DNA from: Nitrosopumilaceae archaeon
GTDB lineage: Archaea > Thermoproteota > Nitrososphaeria > Nitrososphaerales > Nitrosopumilaceae
Direction: 5' to 3'
DNA length: 64,000 nucleotides
NCBI GenBank assembly: GCA_965209085.1
Contig: OZ242376.1
Coordinates: 288,001-352,000, forward strand
This document shows, one piece after another, positions 60,598 through 64,000 of this stretch (positions are counted from its first letter, which is position 1; each line of letters begins with the position of its first letter). The translations under genes and the position numbers were made by a program. The notes below the pieces were generated by a model. That model saw only the letters and a list, made by a program, of their open reading frames with translations. It ran no database searches and was not told where the DNA came from.

Positions 60598-60711
60598 TTA
60601 TGCAGTCAGTTCTCTGACTGAATGGTGGGAGATCTCTTCGTGCAGTTCTGCATGATCCTGTTCTTTGAAAGTTAATTTACATCTAAAACATTTCCAGACC
60701 GTAGTATCCAT
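60598..60711 (-). CDS. 37-aa C2H2-type zinc-finger microprotein
   Basis: MDTTVWKCFRCKLTFKEQDHAELHEEISHHSVRELTA fits W-x-C-x2-C-x3-F-x8-H-x4/5-H. Confidence 0.75.
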   Translation of the reverse strand: MDTTVWKCFRCKLTFKEQDHAELHEEISHHSVRELTA

Positions 60712-60846
60712 AACACTGTTACGTCACCAAAATATAAAAAGATGCCGAAGCATCGATCTTTTTACAATTTCCAAAAATACGGCAAAAACACCCTCCGTAT
60801 GCACGGCAGCAAAAACTGTTTAGTAGAGAGGGGATCATTCAACGGT

Positions 60847-61464
60847 ATGGATATTTTTGAAATGTTTGCAGAACTCTCCTATGTCGGAGTGCTGGCAGTA
60901 CTGGTGGCCGTTAATACGGCTCCAATTCTGATGCCGCCCACCTGGATAATACTCTCCTCGTTTTATGCTGCCGATCCGTCATTTAATATAACATATCTTG
61001 CACTGGTGGGAGCTACCGGCGCCACCGCAGGACGGTTTGTACTGCAAAGAATAAGCGGACAGTTTAGGAGATTTGTGCAAGGCGAGCAAAAATCAAATTT
61101 GGATTACATTTCAAATTATCTTGGAAAAAAACGATTCGGATATGCGCTCGCCTCGTTTCTCTTTGCGGCAACGCCGCTTCCAAGCAATATGCTTTTTGTA
61201 GCGTACGGACTGATGCGGGCCCGCAGCGTGGGACTGTACGCGGGATTTTGGGCGGGTAGGGCGATATCATACTATGTTATGATATCAATAAGCCGGATAG
61301 TGCTTCTTCCGTTTCTGGAACTGTTTGAAGATAGGCTGGTGGGAATACTGGTGGCGGATGTTATCGGAATAGCAGTGGTTGTTTTGTTTGCGTCAGTAAA
61401 GTGGGGCGTACTGGTAAGGGAGAGGAGGCTTCGGTTTGCAAGACCGCACATATGGAAATTTTAA
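60847..61464 (+). CDS. DedA/VTT-like membrane protein
   Basis: PILMPP, GATAG and ATPLP motifs; several TM helices. Confidence 0.8.
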   Translation: MDIFEMFAELSYVGVLAVLVAVNTAPILMPPTWIILSSFYAADPSFNITYLALVGATGATAGRFVLQRISGQFRRFVQGEQKSNLDYISNYLGKKRFGYALASFLFAATPLPSNMLFVAYGLMRARSVGLYAGFWAGRAISYYVMISISRIVLLPFLELFEDRLVGILVADVIGIAVVVLFASVKWGVLVRERRLRFARPHIWKF

Positions 61465-61507
61465 AACCGGCAGACTCGGGGGCGTATTTTACGAATCAAA
61501 ACGCCTG

Positions 61508-62092
61508 ATGGGGAATGAACCGGCGCACGATTTTGAACATATAATGAGGGTGTGCAAAAACGCCAAATTTTTGTGCAAAAAGGAAAACCTGGATGCAGAA
61601 CTGGTTCTTGCAGCCTCTTTGCTGCACGATACGGTCTCTTATCCAAAGACTGCAAAGAATGCAAAAAATTCCTCAAAAGAGAGCGCCGATGTGGCAAAGC
61701 CGATACTGGATAAAGCCGGATATTCAAAAGACGAGGTGGGGATTATAGTCGGGGCAATAGCGGATCATGGTTTTTCCCTTGGAAAAAACCCAAAAACAAT
61801 ACACGGCAAAATACTGCAGGATGCAGACCGCCTTGATGCGCTCGGAGCGGTGGGAATTGCCAGGGCGTTTGCGGTGGCAGGATCTGAGAACAGGAGGTTT
61901 TACCATCCGGAGGATCCCTTCTGCAAAGAGAGGGTGCCGGATGATAATGTCTGGACAGTGGATCATTTTTACAAAAAACTGCTCATACTGGAAAAAAGCA
62001 TGCACACAGATTCGGCAAAAATGGAGGCAAAACGCCGTACCGCGGTACTGGGAGAATACCTTGAAGAGATGCGGCGGGAAATTCAGCCATAG
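61508..62092 (+). CDS. HD-domain phosphohydrolase (start uncertain)
   Basis: HDFEH, LLHD and DADRLDALGA motifs. Confidence 0.9.
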   Translation: MGNEPAHDFEHIMRVCKNAKFLCKKENLDAELVLAASLLHDTVSYPKTAKNAKNSSKESADVAKPILDKAGYSKDEVGIIVGAIADHGFSLGKNPKTIHGKILQDADRLDALGAVGIARAFAVAGSENRRFYHPEDPFCKERVPDDNVWTVDHFYKKLLILEKSMHTDSAKMEAKRRTAVLGEYLEEMRREIQP

Positions 62093-62394
62093 TCGACGTA
62101 ACGTTCGTATCGTTTTTCAATTTCTCCATTCTCGCCGGCAAGTATCTTTTTTGACTCTTCGGCATTGCGGTGCCGTATGTACGAGACCATTTCTTCAAAT
62201 TCTTTTGAATCCGGATATACGGAAAATAACGGTTCCAACAGTCCAAAATACTCTGCAGTCTTGCGACGAAACTCTTCGGCGGTGGGATTTTTCTGACCCT
62301 TCATGCGAAACCACACGGTCGCCCAGCTTGCGCCGGCCGCATGGGGCAGAATGTCAAAGGCCCTCTCTATCTCAAAGCGCCAGTCGTCTCTCAT
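62083..62394 (-). CDS. Conserved hypothetical protein
   Basis: 103-aa ORF with ATGA coupling to hemB. Confidence 0.75.
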   Translation of the reverse strand: MRDDWRFEIERAFDILPHAAGASWATVWFRMKGQKNPTAEEFRRKTAEYFGLLEPLFSVYPDSKEFEEMVSYIRHRNAEESKKILAGENGEIEKRYERYVDYG

Positions 62395-63374
62395 CGGTTT
62401 TCAGCCATTTTTTCTGCAGCCTGCCTTGCAAAATACGTGACTATAATGTCCGCACCGGCCCTCTTTATCGAGGATAAAATCTCAAAGGTTATCTCGTCCT
62501 CATCAACCCATCCCTGCATGGCCGCAGCCTTTACCAGTGCAAACTCGCCAGAAACGCTGTATGCTGCAATTGGAACACTGAATCTTTTTTTCGCTTCTGC
62601 GACAAGATCAAGGTATGCAAGGGCGGGTTTTATCATCAGTATGTCAACTCCCTCATCGTAATCTGCCTGCAGCTCGCTTATGGACTCGCGGCGGTTCGTA
62701 TACGGAACCTGGTATGTCTTTCTGTCGCCAAATTTTGGAGCGCATTCTGCGGCGTCTCTAAACGGGGAATAAAATGAAGAGCGGTGCTTTGCAGAATGCG
62801 ACATTATGGAAACATCCTGGTGTCCTGCATCATCAAGTGCTGCCCTGATGGCTGCAACCTGTCCGTCCATCATTGCCGAAGGGGAGACGACGTTAACTCC
62901 GGCGTCGGCCTGACTTACGGCGGTACGTGCAAGTGCATCAAGGCTTGTATCGTTGTCGATTTTACCGTTTTTTTCCAGCCCGCAGTGTCCTGAGAGAGTA
63001 TACTGGCACAGACATACGTCTGCCATTACGACAATCTTTTCCCCCAAAACAGAACGTATAGAGGATATGGCCTGCTGTACGGCGCCTTTTTCATCGTATG
63101 CAGCAGAGCCGGCATCATCTTTGAGAGATGGAACGCCAAACAGCATGACTGCAGGTATTCCAAGATCTGATGCGGATCCGGCCTCGGATGCGGCATCCTT
63201 TACGGGGAGGCGGCGCATTTGAGGCATTGATTTTATCTCGACGGGAGAATCTATCCCGTCCTGTACGAATATTGGAAGGACCATGTCTGATGGACCAATT
63301 GTGCTCTCGCGTACAAGATCCCTCATGGCGGGCGTGCTGCGCAGTCTTCGAAGGCGTCTTGATGGAAACGACAT
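62391..63374 (-). CDS. hemB: Porphobilinogen synthase
   Basis: RLRRLR, DVCLC.YT..GHCG, PSAMMDG and YSVSGE motifs. Confidence 0.97.
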   Translation of the reverse strand: MSFPSRRLRRLRSTPAMRDLVRESTIGPSDMVLPIFVQDGIDSPVEIKSMPQMRRLPVKDAASEAGSASDLGIPAVMLFGVPSLKDDAGSAAYDEKGAVQQAISSIRSVLGEKIVVMADVCLCQYTLSGHCGLEKNGKIDNDTSLDALARTAVSQADAGVNVVSPSAMMDGQVAAIRAALDDAGHQDVSIMSHSAKHRSSFYSPFRDAAECAPKFGDRKTYQVPYTNRRESISELQADYDEGVDILMIKPALAYLDLVAEAKKRFSVPIAAYSVSGEFALVKAAAMQGWVDEDEITFEILSSIKRAGADIIVTYFARQAAEKMAENR

Positions 63375-63407
63375 TTGAAATGAAAATCCATCCCGCAAAT
63401 ATTAATC

Positions 63408-64000
63408 CTAGTTAGAACCGTAGTCGAAGATCTTTGAGGCAGCCTCTAACACGTCCGTTCTGCCCTCCTCTGAGGCCTTTCTGAGGTTGTTCATCGGACC
63501 TGAGACTATGCTCTCAACAACGGCCTTTGTCAGCTCGTCCACTATCTTTGCCGTATCTGAATCGGCATTATTGAGCATGCGCAGCGCTTTTTGGAGCTCT
63601 TTTTGTCTGAGCGCATCCATGTTTTTGAATATGTCGCTTACCAGCGGTTCTGCATCAAGCCTGTTCATGGACATTTCAATGATGGGAACCTCTTCACTAA
63701 TTATGTTTTCAACCTCGTGCAGCTTGCCCCGTTTTTTGCGCACGTTTTTCTCGACCATCTCCGCTATCTGATCCAAATTCATCAGTTTTATACCGCTTAT
63801 TGTGGCCACGCGCTCATCAACGGTGCGGGGATTTGAGAGATCCAGTATCATAATGCCGCCTGCATTATTTTCCCTGGCAGCAGCTATCTTTTCATGCGTG
63901 ACAAGAAAATACGGGGCCGAAGTTGCGACAAATATCACATCATATTCTCCAAATCCATCAAAGGTGTCTTCAAATTTTACCGCCCGGCCGCCGCCCATCG
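63408..64000 (-). CDS. hemA: Glutamyl-tRNA reductase (C-terminal part; start outside the window)
   Basis: ATSAP and DLSNPR.V motifs, dimerisation helices; upstream of hemB. Confidence 0.93.
   Translation of the reverse strand, partial: MGGGRAVKFEDTFDGFGEYDVIFVATSAPYFLVTHEKIAAARENNAGGIMILDLSNPRTVDERVATISGIKLMNLDQIAEMVEKNVRKKRGKLHEVENIISEEVPIIEMSMNRLDAEPLVSDIFKNMDALRQKELQKALRMLNNADSDTAKIVDELTKAVVESIVSGPMNNLRKASEEGRTDVLEAASKIFDYGSN

Noticed and set aside
60600-60660. Hairpins after tRNA-Leu (CAGTCAG-TTCT-CTGACTG) as a possible ncRNA
   Set aside because: The region is better explained by the minus-strand zinc-finger ORF; a terminator role cannot be shown.
1-64000. CRISPR array
   Set aside because: No regularly spaced direct repeats with unique spacers were seen; the only tandem repeats are intragenic.

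Overview
This is a 64-kb chromosomal segment of an ammonia-oxidising archaeon (Nitrososphaerota/Thaumarchaeota, Nitrosopumilaceae-like). The assignment is inferred from gene content: the acetyl/propionyl-CoA carboxylase of the 3HP/4HB cycle, an 11-subunit complex I (nuoABCDHIJKMLN), archaeal ribosomal proteins, Spt5/SecE, RadA, single-OB SSB, Rpo4, PdxST, aconitase, PckA, HemAB and seven tRNAs, four of them with introns. The moderately GC-rich backbone is interrupted by small AT-rich accessory insertions. The most interesting are: (1) an island behind tRNA-Lys with an ORF missing from the supplied track that encodes a PD-(D/E)xK nuclease-STAND NTPase (Avs/NLR-like), plus a decayed IS110, a HAD phosphatase and a probable integrase stub; (2) a micropeptide, an HNH nuclease fused to a degenerate HIT domain, and a PD-(D/E)xK nuclease; (3) a PepSY-like / PaREP1-HEPN-zinc-finger gene pair; (4) a membrane-anchored coiled-coil-wHTH-NucS-like nuclease next to scpA and an OB-fold-like orphan; and (5) a nuclease-DUF2075 helicase between radA and ssb. 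All calls come from manual motif reading; no database searches were run.
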